From NCBI GenBank assembly GCA_964203375.1, contig CAXNLN010000004.1:90479-154478 (forward strand): DNA of 64,000 nt. Direction: 5' to 3'. Positions within the stretch are counted from its first letter, which is position 1; each line of letters starts with the position of its first letter. A program made the translations under genes and the position numbers. The stretch is from Polynucleobacter sp. Its GTDB lineage: Bacteria; Pseudomonadota; Gammaproteobacteria; Burkholderiales; Burkholderiaceae. Of this stretch, positions 54,241 through 64,000 are shown one piece after another. The notes below the pieces were generated by a model, which had not been told where the DNA came from, searched no databases, and saw only the letters and a program-made list of their open reading frames with translations.

Positions 54241-57134
54241 CGAATGAGCATAGCATCGTTTACTAAGAGCTCGTAACCAATGAACTGAGCAGGTTTACCG
54301 CCTTTAGTAACCGCAACCGCACAGTACTTAAACTCCGGAATCTTGCCAAACGGATCTAATGCAGGATTGGTCATTAAGTTAGCAGCTGCCTCGTAATACG
54401 CAAATGGCATAAAGATGGCTCCTGCTGGAGTGCCATCATCACGCCGTACATGAATCACCACCTCTCCACGCCGTGACCGAATAGTAATAACATCACCCGA
54501 TTTAAGCGCGAGTTGGGTCATATCTGCTCCGCACATTGACGCCGTGGCCATTGGCTCAATCGCATCAAGAACACTAGCGCGTCGGGTCATGCTGCCGGTA
54601 TGCCAATGCTCAAGCTGACGCCCAGTAATTAATACATAAGGGAAGGTCTCATCGGGCCGCTCATTCGCCGGAATAATATCGGCAGGAACTAGCTTTACCC
54701 TACCATCCTTTGTAGGGAATGATTGATCAAAAACGATTGGCTGACCTGGATCGTCTTCACTTAAGCAGGGATAGGTTACCGAAGACTCACGCTGTAAACG
54801 CTCCCACGTGATCCCCTGAATGGCGGCATGCATAGCACGGCGCATCTCATCATAGATCTCTGCAACTCCGCACTCTTCGCCTTGATAGCCCCACTGCAAG
54901 CCAATTCGTTTTGCCAACTCTTGAATAATCCATAGATCTGGTTTGGCGTCACCAGGGGGACTAAGGGCACGCTTACCCAACTGCACCATGCGGTCTGTAT
55001 TGGTTACTGTACCGGTCTTCTCAGGCCAGGCACTAGCAGGTAATATGACATCAGCCAGCCAGGCGGTTTCGGTCATGAAAATATCTTGTACAACCAAATG
55101 ATCGAGGGATGCCAGTGCATGGCGAGCATGATTGAGGTCAGGGTCGCTCATGGCTGGGTTCTCACCCATGATGTACATCCCCCGCACCTTATCTGGATCA
55201 GAATCAGGTGCTGTGATCTTATGCATGATCTCCACAACCGTATAGCCAGGCTTTTTATCTAGCGGCGTATTCCAGAACTTCTCAAACCAATCGTGCGCGT
55301 CTGGATTATCCACACGCTGATAGTTGGGGAACATCATCGGAATCAAACCAGCATCACTTGCGCCCTGCACATTATTTTGTCCACGCAATGGGTGTAGCCC
55401 AGAGCCTGGTTTACCAATTTGCCCAGTAATACTTACTAGAGCAATTAAGCAGCGAGCATTATCCGTACCATGAACGTGCTGGCTTATACCCATACCCCAC
55501 AGGATCATCGAGGCTTTGGATTTAGCAAACTCCCGCGCCACTTCACGCAAGCGTTCGGCAGGAATGCCACAAATCGGTGCCATAGCTTCAGGGCTATATC
55601 CTTTAATATTTTCTTTAAGGGCCTCAAAATTGGATGCGCGGTTCTTAACAAATTCCTGATCACACAATCCTTCTTCGATGACTGTGTAAATCATGGCATT
55701 GAGCATCGCCACATCGGTATCAGGCTTAAATTGCAAAGTCTGCCAAGCATACTTACCAATATCGGTAATGCGTGGGTCTGCCAATACGATTTTGGTACCG
55801 TTCTTAGCAGCGTTTTTCATCCAAGTTGCTGCAACCGGATGGTTGGCAGTTGGGTTTGAGCCAATCACCATAATCAGACCAGAGTGTTCAATATCATTGA
55901 CCTGATTACTAACTGCTCCAGAACCAACACCCTCGAGTAACGCAGCCACACTGGATGCATGACATAAACGTGTGCAGTGGTCAACGTTATTACTACCAAA
56001 CCCAGTGCGTACTAGTTTTTGGAATAAATATGCCTCTTCGTTACTTCCCTTAGCCGAACCAAAACCTGCCAAGGATTTTTTGCCATATTGATCACGCAAA
56101 CCTTTTAACTTGCCAGCCGCTAAATCTAGCGCCTCTTCCCAGCTGGCTTCCCGGAAGACTTCTTTCCAATCATTGGGATTTTTACCAGCCGCCTCAATCG
56201 AGCCTTCGTCTTTCTTGATGCCAGGTTTACGAATCAATGGTTTCGTTAAGCGCTGAGGATTGTGGACGTAGTCAAAGCCAAAGCGACCTTTTACGCACAA
56301 ACGGCTGTGGTTTGCTGGGCCATCGCGGCCATCCACACTCACAATTTGTTCATCTTTCACGTTATAGGTAATCTGGCAACCCACGCCGCAGAATGGGCAC
56401 ACGGAATCGACTTTACGATCGACTGCTTGTGAGCCCATATGAGTTTTTGGCATCAAGGCGCCTGTCGGGCAAGCCTGCACACACTCGCCGCACGCTACAC
56501 AGGTACTTAAACCCATGGGGTCACTGAGATCAAATACGATTTCGCTATGAGCACCGCGCATGGCATAGCCAATCACATCATTGACCTGCTCTTCGCGGCA
56601 AGCGCGAACACAGCGGTTACATTGAATACAGGCGTCCAAGTTCACCGCCATTGCTGGATGCGATAAATCTGCTTGAGGTTGATGGCGACGTAAGGCTTTC
56701 AACTCTGGACGAACCTGCACATCAAGGCGACTAGCCCACTCACTTAGCTCACCGTGTTGTTGCCGTTGACGCTCTGCATCGCTGTCACCCACCCACTTAT
56801 ACCCCTCATCGGGCATATCCGACAACAACATCTCGAGTATTAATTTTTGACTCTTTAAGGCACGTTCGCTATTCGCCTTGACTTCCATGCCAGCAGTGGC
56901 TGATCGGCAGCAACTCGGCGCTAAGGTACGCTCGCCATTAATCTCGACTACACAGGCTCGGCAATTACCGTCAGGGCGATAGCCATCTTTGAAACAAAGA
57001 TGAGGAATATCAACGCCGTGACGTTTAGCAGCTTTCAGAATAGTTTCGCCCTCGTAGGCCACGATTGTTTTGCCATCGAGCTTGAACTCGACGGTTTGGA
57101 GTTCTAGTTCGTTTGGATTAACTGGGGCGTTCAT
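54237..57134 (-). CDS. NAD-dependent formate dehydrogenase alpha subunit (Mo/W-bis-PGD, N-terminal Fe-S domains)
   Basis: [14 protein letters not shown] (Cys ligand), LRGQNNVQG and [13 protein letters not shown] motifs. Confidence 0.93.
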   Translation of the reverse strand: MNAPVNPNELELQTVEFKLDGKTIVAYEGETILKAAKRHGVDIPHLCFKDGYRPDGNCRACVVEINGERTLAPSCCRSATAGMEVKANSERALKSQKLILEMLLSDMPDEGYKWVGDSDAERQRQQHGELSEWASRLDVQVRPELKALRRHQPQADLSHPAMAVNLDACIQCNRCVRACREEQVNDVIGYAMRGAHSEIVFDLSDPMGLSTCVACGECVQACPTGALMPKTHMGSQAVDRKVDSVCPFCGVGCQITYNVKDEQIVSVDGRDGPANHSRLCVKGRFGFDYVHNPQRLTKPLIRKPGIKKDEGSIEAAGKNPNDWKEVFREASWEEALDLAAGKLKGLRDQYGKKSLAGFGSAKGSNEEAYLFQKLVRTGFGSNNVDHCTRLCHASSVAALLEGVGSGAVSNQVNDIEHSGLIMVIGSNPTANHPVAATWMKNAAKNGTKIVLADPRITDIGKYAWQTLQFKPDTDVAMLNAMIYTVIEEGLCDQEFVKNRASNFEALKENIKGYSPEAMAPICGIPAERLREVAREFAKSKASMILWGMGISQHVHGTDNARCLIALVSITGQIGKPGSGLHPLRGQNNVQGASDAGLIPMMFPNYQRVDNPDAHDWFEKFWNTPLDKKPGYTVVEIMHKITAPDSDPDKVRGMYIMGENPAMSDPDLNHARHALASLDHLVVQDIFMTETAWLADVILPASAWPEKTGTVTNTDRMVQLGKRALSPPGDAKPDLWIIQELAKRIGLQWGYQGEECGVAEIYDEMRRAMHAAIQGITWERLQRESSVTYPCLSEDDPGQPIVFDQSFPTKDGRVKLVPADIIPANERPDETFPYVLITGRQLEHWHTGSMTRRASVLDAIEPMATASMCGADMTQLALKSGDVITIRSRRGEVVIHVRRDDGTPAGAIFMPFAYYEAAANLMTNPALDPFGKIPEFKYCAVAVTKGGKPAQFIGYELLVNDAMLIR

Positions 57135-58939
57135 CTAAGCAATCTCTTGTGGGAAGTATTTTGTAACACAGCGTATTGGATTGGGTGCAGCTTGACCTAA
57201 GCCGCAAATAGAAGCATCGACCATGACGGTTGATAAATCTTCTAGGGTTGACTGATCCCATTTGGGTGCTTGCATCAACTGAGCAGCCTTGCTAGTTCCA
57301 ACCCGGCAGGGGGTGCACTGCCCACAACTCTCATGCTCAAAGAAGCGCATCACATTAAGCGCCGCATCGCGCGCTTTATCGTGATCACTAAACACCACCA
57401 CAGCAGCTGATCCAATAAAACAACCATACGGTTGTAAGGTATCAAAGTCTAATGGAATCGTGTTCATGGAAGCCGGCAAAATACCACCCGATGCACCGCC
57501 AGGCAAATAACCATAAAAACTATGGCCAGCTTGCATGCCACCACAGTACTCATCGATTAGCTCCTGAATCGTAATACCGGCAGGCGCTAATTTAACGCCG
57601 GGTGACTTCACGCGCCCGCTCACGCTAAAACTTCGCAGGCCTTTACGATCATGACGACCGAAGGTGCTAAACCACTGAGGTCCACGCTGCACAATATCGC
57701 GGACCCAATAGAGGGTCTCAAAATTATGTTCTAGAGTTGGGCGCCCAAAGAGTCCAACTTGGGCAATATAGGGGGGTCGCATTCTGGGCTCGCCGCGCTT
57801 ACCCTCAATACTCTCAATCATCGCCGACTCTTCGCCACAGATGTAGGCACCAGCACCCCGACGCAACTCAATCAACGGTAATTTGCAAGGTGGGTTTGCC
57901 TGCAGTTTCGCAATCTCATGCTGGCTAGTAGTTCGCGACAACCATGGTACTCATCGCGCAAGTAGATATAACAAGCATCAATACCAACTACTTGGGCTGC
58001 TACCAACATGCCTTCTAAGAAACGATGTGGATCTCGTTCTAAATAAGTACGATCTTTAAATGTTCCCGGCTCACCCTCGTCTATATTGACTGCCATCAGC
58101 TTGGGAGCAGCTTGATCTCTGACAATGCGCCATTTACGACCTGCTGGGAACCCTGCGCCACCGAGACCACGCAAACCAGAATCTTCCATCGCCTTGATAA
58201 CGGTCTCTGGATCTTGCTGACGATTGGCCAAACTGGTGGTTAATGCATAACCGCCTTTGGCACGATATGCCTCATAGCCTACATAGGCTGGCGAGACCAC
58301 ATTTACTTTTTGCTCAGGACTGACGCCCTTTTGGACAAAATCAGCAGGCTCGAACTGTGCATCATCTTTTGCTCTTGGGTGCTTCGTTTGTTGATTTTTA
58401 ATCGCATTGGATACCTTCTCAACATTGGCAAATAGGACCGGATATTGGTGCACTACTGCAACAGGGGCCTGCTCACAACGCCCGACGCAGGGAGCTGCAA
58501 TCACCTTCACTTGGGAATTACCTAAGATCGTTGGCAAACGCTCCAATAAATTTTTTGCACCAGCAAGCTCACATGAGAGCCCATCACAAACACGCACGGT
58601 GATCTCGGCTACAAGATCATTGCCGCGCACTATTTCAAAGTGGTGATAAAAAGTTGCGACTTCATAAACCTCTGCCATGGGCAAGTTCATCAGCTTGGCA
58701 AGAGCAACTAAATGGTGGTCATGTAAAGCGCGATACTCATCATTCAAAAGATGAAGGTTTTCAATTAATAGATCGCGCCGATAAGGGCCATCACCAAGTA
58801 ATGCTTTGACTGCCTCCATAGCAGCGTCATCTGCTTGGCGGCCCTTTAACTTACTTTTCTGTTTAATGCGCGCACGAAGATCATCCGCCGTTGCAATAGC
58901 AACTGCCTTAATCTCACCAGAGGGTTTTGGATGATTCAT
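57135..58939 (-). CDS. Formate dehydrogenase beta subunit (NuoE+NuoF-like fusion), frameshifted near 57920
   Basis: EVATFYHHF, CDGLSC and CVGRC (NuoE-like); [26 protein letters not shown] and CGQCTPC (NuoF-like). Split over two frames. Confidence 0.88.
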
Positions 58940-59343
58940 GTGCTATCTATCTCTCAATCAAACTATTTCATGGGCCAAAAGTGCCAAAACCAGATCCGTT
59001 AGTCACAGCGACTAATTTAATTTATTCCGCTTTTAATGTAATTGATATGGCTCAAGTTCAACAGAATCAGGGTTAACCCTAAACAATCACCTCATCGAAC
59101 AGACTCAACATAGTCCTATTTTGAGCTGAGCATGAAAGTATTGCTTTTGCTGTGGCTATTACCCTCTCTCAAAAACGGGCTTTAAAGCAAGTTTCTTAAT
59201 CTGGTATTTCAATCGAGGATCCCATCGAGGAGCAATCTGGTTGATCTACCGTCTAAATGCTTACGTAAGCACTACAAAATATAGTAAAAAAAGATGTCAT
59301 ACGTTTTAAGAAAATTCGTGTCATGATTTTTTAAGTCTGGTAA

Positions 59344-60048
59344 TTAAAGGGCTTGCTTTAATAAAAGTACTGAGCCCGCAAACAGTAAGATAAGTCCGTA
59401 AGCTTGCTGCATACGATGCATACTCAGATTGCGATGTGCTTTTGATCCCAACCACAAACCAGCAATCATGCAGGGTATTAAAGCTAGCCCCAGCATAAAT
59501 AAGGGCATATAAAGAATGAGCCCCGAAAAGAGCATAAATATCAAACGCATAAATACCAGCACCAAGATAGCTAAAGCCATCGTAGCGCGCAATCGCGCTG
59601 GTTGATCAAGTCGCATCGATAAGTAGGATGCATAGATTGCGCCGCCTGTGGCATACAGGGCTGTAAATACTCCGCCTACTACACCAAATGGCATTGCCCA
59701 ATGGCGACTAATAATCGGGATTGGTGTGGATTGAGAACGGGTTAAAACGCGGATTCCATTGCCCGCAGCAAACACTCCCAATAAAACCAATAAGGGCTTT
59801 TGTGGAGCATTTAAGAGTAAGGTGATGCCGATCACCATTCCCACCAAGGTAAATGGAAATAACCAAGTCAGTTCTTTTTTATCCGCCTCTTGATACGATT
59901 TACCTCCCAAGTAAAAGGCTGCGCAAAGATCTAAGATCACCATTAAGGGCACAACAATTTGCAATGGAAAAAATAGAACCAGAATAGGTACCGCAATAAT
60001 GGAGGAGCCAAACCCAGATACTCCAAATATAAAATAAGCCACAAACAC
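59344..60048 (-). CDS. Sulfite exporter TauE/SafE family protein (start uncertain; frame open to about 60096)
   Basis: FGVSGFGSSIIAVP and GGVFTALYATGG.IYA duplicated motifs, about 8 TM helices. Confidence 0.82.
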   Translation of the reverse strand: MFVAYFIFGVSGFGSSIIAVPILVLFFPLQIVVPLMVILDLCAAFYLGGKSYQEADKKELTWLFPFTLVGMVIGITLLLNAPQKPLLVLLGVFAAGNGIRVLTRSQSTPIPIISRHWAMPFGVVGGVFTALYATGGAIYASYLSMRLDQPARLRATMALAILVLVFMRLIFMLFSGLILYMPLFMLGLALIPCMIAGLWLGSKAHRNLSMHRMQQAYGLILLFAGSVLLLKQAL

Positions 60049-60112
60049 AATCGTGCAAGCAGCAATAAAAGAGGCGGGGTTAATTAATTCAAAAATGGAA
60101 TGACTTTACTAT

Positions 60113-62509
60113 TTATTTTTTGCTGCCCAAAGAGACCCCAAGGGGTATGCCATCCTGTTCGGCAGTCACCTCTTTGGGTGGTCCTATGATAATTCGCTCC
60201 GCTATATTGGGCTGATTAAGCAACATTAACTCTTTGGCTCGATTGGCGCGTGCGGTGGCCAACTGTTTAAGCTCCGCTTCGCCAATACTGTAACTTTGAA
60301 TCATTTCATTCCGTAATTGTTGATAACGTGCCTCGTTATCAGGTAAAGAAAATAAGCGCTGAGCTAATTTTATTCTGCCTACTTGCTGGCCATAGGCTGA
60401 TTTAAGCCCAGACTGAATTCGAGGATCTGAAAGACTTGGGGTCGGCAAGGGCTCACTCGGACTAAGCTTAAAGCCTGCCGCATTCAAAATAGCACGGTCA
60501 GCACGCGCTCGTGCTAATGCCATTTTGTCTGCATTGGCATCGTAAACACCAAATAACTCTATCGTAGCGTGGGGGCGCTTAACTAATGCACCCGATAATT
60601 TATCCAGCTTTTCTTGGTCAACAGGTAAAAAGGAGCTCTCCCCAAGAACTGAATGAATCGGCGCATCACTTTGCAAGCCCAATAATGATGCTAATGCCCT
60701 AAACGGTGCAGTAACAATATTTGCTAGAACGGTTCGAATAGCTTGCCAAACCAATCCAGAAGCCGAAAACTCAGGAGAATCGACATTACCCTTAATCCCC
60801 AAAGAAATATCAATCACATTATCAGAATCTTCTAGTAAGGCAATAGCCAAACGAAGTGGCAAACGCTTACCCTGAAAATTAGCGACCTCGTCCCCCAGCT
60901 CAATATCTTTAATCACGAAACGATTTTGACCTACCAACTCCGCATCCTTCGCTTTATAGTTCAGCAAAAGATCTAGTCGACCACCATTAATCGCATAGCC
61001 AGCGTATTTTATAAAATAAGGGTTAGCAGTTTTCAAAGATATATTTTTGAACTCAAAGACCACATCATGATTACGGCGGGGATCATCAAAAGAAGCTTGG
61101 CCTTTAGACCTAAAACTACCACGGTCAGGAATTAAACCATCTAAGGCTATAGAAGCAAAACGCCCTGGGACATTGCTGACCCCCAACAAAGAGCCATTCA
61201 AGTTACGGATATCCGTTTTTAACTGAGGTAGCACTGCCAAATCCGCAAAATGTACAATCCCATCGCGTAACTTGATGGTCTTAATATCGAGCTCAAAGCT
61301 AGATGGCTTCGACTCAATAGAAGTAACCGGCTTATTAGGTGAGCTCAATGGTTTTACAAACATCCTACGAATGTTTGAAAAACCCTGCTCATCGAGATCG
61401 AACATAAAGTCAGGTTTATCAAAAACCAGTTCGTCGATTGTGAGTGCTGTTTTACCACTCACCAACCTCCGCAGGTCAATTTGCTTTAAATCTGCTTGGC
61501 GCCATTTCATGAAGGCTTGCTTCGGCCTACCTTCTGTAATTTCAACATTCTTCAACGAGAGATCGCCAACCGTTGACCATAGGTCTTGGCGTGTTTGATA
61601 TTGCAATTTACCACCCAATACACCTGAATTAGTTTGTAAAGGGCTATTGGCTGGTAATAGATTAACGATCGGAGCGAGCGATAAATTATCGATCACAACA
61701 TCTAGTCGAATCATATTCTGCTTAGGCTCAAGATTAAAAATGAAATCCAATACTCCGGCATCTAATTTGAGATTTAACTTAGCCTCTAAGCGGTCTTGAT
61801 CAGGATTCGTAAGTTCTCCAGAGGCATGAACCTTCTCGAACACCACCATTTTATTGAGCGCAGGAATCAAAATATCAACTTTACCTAAATCTAACTCATA
61901 CAAACCTTCAAGACCTGGCTGATCACTCTTACTGGAGTAATTACTTAATTTTTTAAGGCTCAATGAAAAAGGGCCTAGATCGTCTGTAAATGTAGTTTGT
62001 GCATCATTGATCTTCAATCGTGCCTCACGAATGGTGAGGCTTTCAATAAATACTTTGGGTGCGCTAGTATTCACCTCCTCCGACCCAGCTCGCTTTGCCG
62101 TAATCTTTTCTACAAACTCCAGCCAGTTCCACTTTGAGTTTTCTTTAGCATCTCTCTCAAAAAGAACGGATGGGCCATCTAGCTCAATAGCATCAATGCT
62201 AATTTCTCCAACTATCAACTTACTCCATTGCACACTTAGCATGCCATGGTCTAGAGAAAATAATTCCTTGCCCTGAATTTGTTTAAGTTTTAAGCCCCGT
62301 AACTCCACTTTTAAGGCAAAAGGTTTTACAACAATCCCTTGAAGCTCAAGGTGGTATCCCACCCTCTGGCTATATTGCTCTACAGACTCTTTAATCCACG
62401 ATGGGGCCCAAGTAACCCCTACAATCCAAAAGAGTGCGACCATCGCCAAAAAGCCTAGCGCGATTTTGCTCATCAGGCGAAGCAGCATTACTTTTTGCAA
62501 TTGCATCAA
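60113..62509 (-). CDS. DUF748-domain (AsmA-like) protein
   Basis: N-terminal TM anchor, beta-rich repeats (P.V...R....NW, F.F.D), LPLRLAIALLED and a C-terminal OmpA-like LATARA segment. Confidence 0.75.
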   Translation of the reverse strand: MMQLQKVMLLRLMSKIALGFLAMVALFWIVGVTWAPSWIKESVEQYSQRVGYHLELQGIVVKPFALKVELRGLKLKQIQGKELFSLDHGMLSVQWSKLIVGEISIDAIELDGPSVLFERDAKENSKWNWLEFVEKITAKRAGSEEVNTSAPKVFIESLTIREARLKINDAQTTFTDDLGPFSLSLKKLSNYSSKSDQPGLEGLYELDLGKVDILIPALNKMVVFEKVHASGELTNPDQDRLEAKLNLKLDAGVLDFIFNLEPKQNMIRLDVVIDNLSLAPIVNLLPANSPLQTNSGVLGGKLQYQTRQDLWSTVGDLSLKNVEITEGRPKQAFMKWRQADLKQIDLRRLVSGKTALTIDELVFDKPDFMFDLDEQGFSNIRRMFVKPLSSPNKPVTSIESKPSSFELDIKTIKLRDGIVHFADLAVLPQLKTDIRNLNGSLLGVSNVPGRFASIALDGLIPDRGSFRSKGQASFDDPRRNHDVVFEFKNISLKTANPYFIKYAGYAINGGRLDLLLNYKAKDAELVGQNRFVIKDIELGDEVANFQGKRLPLRLAIALLEDSDNVIDISLGIKGNVDSPEFSASGLVWQAIRTVLANIVTAPFRALASLLGLQSDAPIHSVLGESSFLPVDQEKLDKLSGALVKRPHATIELFGVYDANADKMALARARADRAILNAAGFKLSPSEPLPTPSLSDPRIQSGLKSAYGQQVGRIKLAQRLFSLPDNEARYQQLRNEMIQSYSIGEAELKQLATARANRAKELMLLNQPNIAERIIIGPPKEVTAEQDGIPLGVSLGSKK

Positions 62510-62512
62510 TTC

Positions 62513-62770
62513 CTATCCTAAAAAAATACGCTTCATTTCTTGATCACCAAGTACCAATTTAATTGCTTGGCCTAGCAACATAAATTTGCCATATAGCAAT
62601 ACCCCAATCAAGGCTAACCTAATCGGGGTATATAGAACGCCCTCGTTTCGAAGAATCGAATAATTTAAGAACACTAGCGCACCAAACCAAATAGAGAAGT
62701 AAACAAGAAGAAAGAGGATTTTTTTGGACATCCTCCCCAAGCTTGTGTACGATTGAATCGTTTTGCACAT
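62513..62770 (-). CDS. Small hypothetical membrane protein, possibly a truncated remnant
   Basis: Two hydrophobic helices and a KFMLLGQA segment; recognition from memory only. Confidence 0.4.
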   Translation of the reverse strand: MCKTIQSYTSLGRMSKKILFLLVYFSIWFGALVFLNYSILRNEGVLYTPIRLALIGVLLYGKFMLLGQAIKLVLGDQEMKRIFLG

Positions 62771-62832
62771 CAGACCTTATTACCGTCATCGAAATGATAA
62801 AGCCCTGTGAGGATAACTCGGATGTATGAAGA

Positions 62833-63771
62833 TTAGAGCTTAATCTTTAAACGGTAGGCAATCTCGCCAATGATGCCTCGCCTAAATGCCAAAACGCAAA
62901 TTACAAAGATGGCACCGGTAGCAATCGTGCTCCAGCCCCCTAAGTTTGCTAAATAATTTTGTAGATTAATAATCACGGCGGCACCAGCAACAGGGCCCCA
63001 CAGCGTGCCAATGCCACCTAGTATGGTCATCAGTACTGCCTCACCGGAGGTGTGCCAGAAAACATCCGATAACGAAGCAAGTTGTAAGACCAAGCTTTTA
63101 AGTCCACCTCCTAAACCAGCAAGGCCAGCCGACAACGTAAATGCAATTAATTTATAACGGTTAACGTCATAGCCTAAGGAAATGGCACGTGGCTCATTCT
63201 CCCGAATGGATTTCATCACCTGACCAAATGGTGAGCTGACAATCCGCTTGATCATAAAAAATGCCAAGATAAAGACGATCAATGCAAAGTAGTACATATG
63301 AGTTGAGCTTGATAGCTCAATCAAGCCTAATAACTTACCACGAGGGACGCCTTGAATACCATCCTCACCGTTAGTGAACGGTACTTGAGTTGCCAAGAAA
63401 TAAATGACTTGGGCAAGCGCCAACGTAATCATCGCAAAGTAAATTCCTTGTCGACGAATTGCTAAAGCACCAAATACATAACCTAATGCGGTAGAGCAAA
63501 GTACTCCGCAGATTAGACCAAGCTCCGGTGTTAAGCCCCACTCTTTCATAACGTGCGCAGTGATATAAGCACCTGTTCCAAAAAATGCAGCGTGACCAAA
63601 AGATAGAAGGCCAGCAAACCCGAGAAGTAGATTTAGGGATGCTGCAAAAATTGCAAAACAGAATACCTTCATCATGAATAGGTCGTAGACAAACCCTTGA
63701 AATGGCACGATTGTTAACAGAGCTAGAACAACCAATGAAATCTTATCGACGGTAGTAAGTGTGAATTTCAT
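62833..63771 (-). CDS. livM: Branched-chain amino acid ABC transporter permease (LivM-like)
   Basis: GLLSFGHAAFFG, GIYFAMITLA, TNGEDG and SIRENEPRAISLG motifs. Confidence 0.85.
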   Translation of the reverse strand: MKFTLTTVDKISLVVLALLTIVPFQGFVYDLFMMKVFCFAIFAASLNLLLGFAGLLSFGHAAFFGTGAYITAHVMKEWGLTPELGLICGVLCSTALGYVFGALAIRRQGIYFAMITLALAQVIYFLATQVPFTNGEDGIQGVPRGKLLGLIELSSSTHMYYFALIVFILAFFMIKRIVSSPFGQVMKSIRENEPRAISLGYDVNRYKLIAFTLSAGLAGLGGGLKSLVLQLASLSDVFWHTSGEAVLMTILGGIGTLWGPVAGAAVIINLQNYLANLGGWSTIATGAIFVICVLAFRRGIIGEIAYRLKIKL

Positions 63772-63773
63772 GA

Positions 63774-64000
63774 TTAATTCGATTTTCCAAAAAGACCAGC
63801 TGGCTTAATCAGCAGCACAATAATCATAATGACAAAAATTGAGACCGATGAGGCTTGCGGGTAGAACACTTTGGTAAGCCCCTCGATGACTCCCAATCCC
63901 AAGCCAGTAACAATAGCGCCAGCAATTGATCCCATTCCACCAATCACAACGACCGCAAATACCACAATAATTAAGTTAGAGCCCATCACCGCGGTTACTT
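63774..64000 (-). CDS. livH: Branched-chain amino acid ABC transporter permease (LivH-like), N-terminus outside the window
   Basis: FAVVVIGGMGSIAGAIVTGLGLG and KPAGLFG; frame is open to the window end. Confidence 0.85.
   Translation of the reverse strand, partial: VTAVMGSNLIIVVFAVVVIGGMGSIAGAIVTGLGLGVIEGLTKVFYPQASSVSIFVIMIIVLLIKPAGLFGKSN

Noticed and set aside
54231-54253. Possible NadQ-type operator at the nadB start
   Set aside because: The CTC...GAG half-sites are 7 nt apart rather than the 5 I recall for that box, and no such regulator gene is in the window. Kept only as an RNA hairpin hypothesis.
55940-55990. Selenocysteine recoding in FDH alpha
   Set aside because: The ligand position is Cys (RLCHAS) and the frame has no in-frame TGA.

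Overview
Mostly core chromosome of a betaproteobacterium. Gene order (rpsO-pnp-qor-tpiA-secG-tRNA-Leu-nuoA..N-NUDIX-DUF1178) and protein style point to Burkholderiaceae, probably Polynucleobacter (inference). The window holds the complete 14-gene nuo operon, leuA with a Leu-rich attenuator, pssA/psd, ilvIHC, an ECF sigma four-gene module, an orphan YbbP-type permease, an MCE (MlaE-F-D-PqiC-like) operon at the 3' end of tRNA-Arg, greB, spoT-rpoZ-gmk, yicC, rph-rdgB-hemW, pgi, pgm, panD, split nadAC/nadB, a two-subunit NAD-linked formate dehydrogenase, TauE, a DUF748-type protein and liv permeases. It has three tRNAs (Leu-GAG, Arg-ACG, Ser-TGA) and two type II toxin-antitoxin pairs (Phd/YefM-VapC and CcdAB), each with a candidate operator. 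Four genes (NUDIX, nuoG, an LhgO-like oxidase, FDH beta) carry single frameshifts, most simply explained as consensus errors. I saw no CRISPR array, integrase, transposase or prophage, and no clearly new system. The best leads are the attenuator, the FDH locus and its upstream palindromes, the MCE operon, the ECF module and the head-to-head greB/tRNA-Arg overlap.
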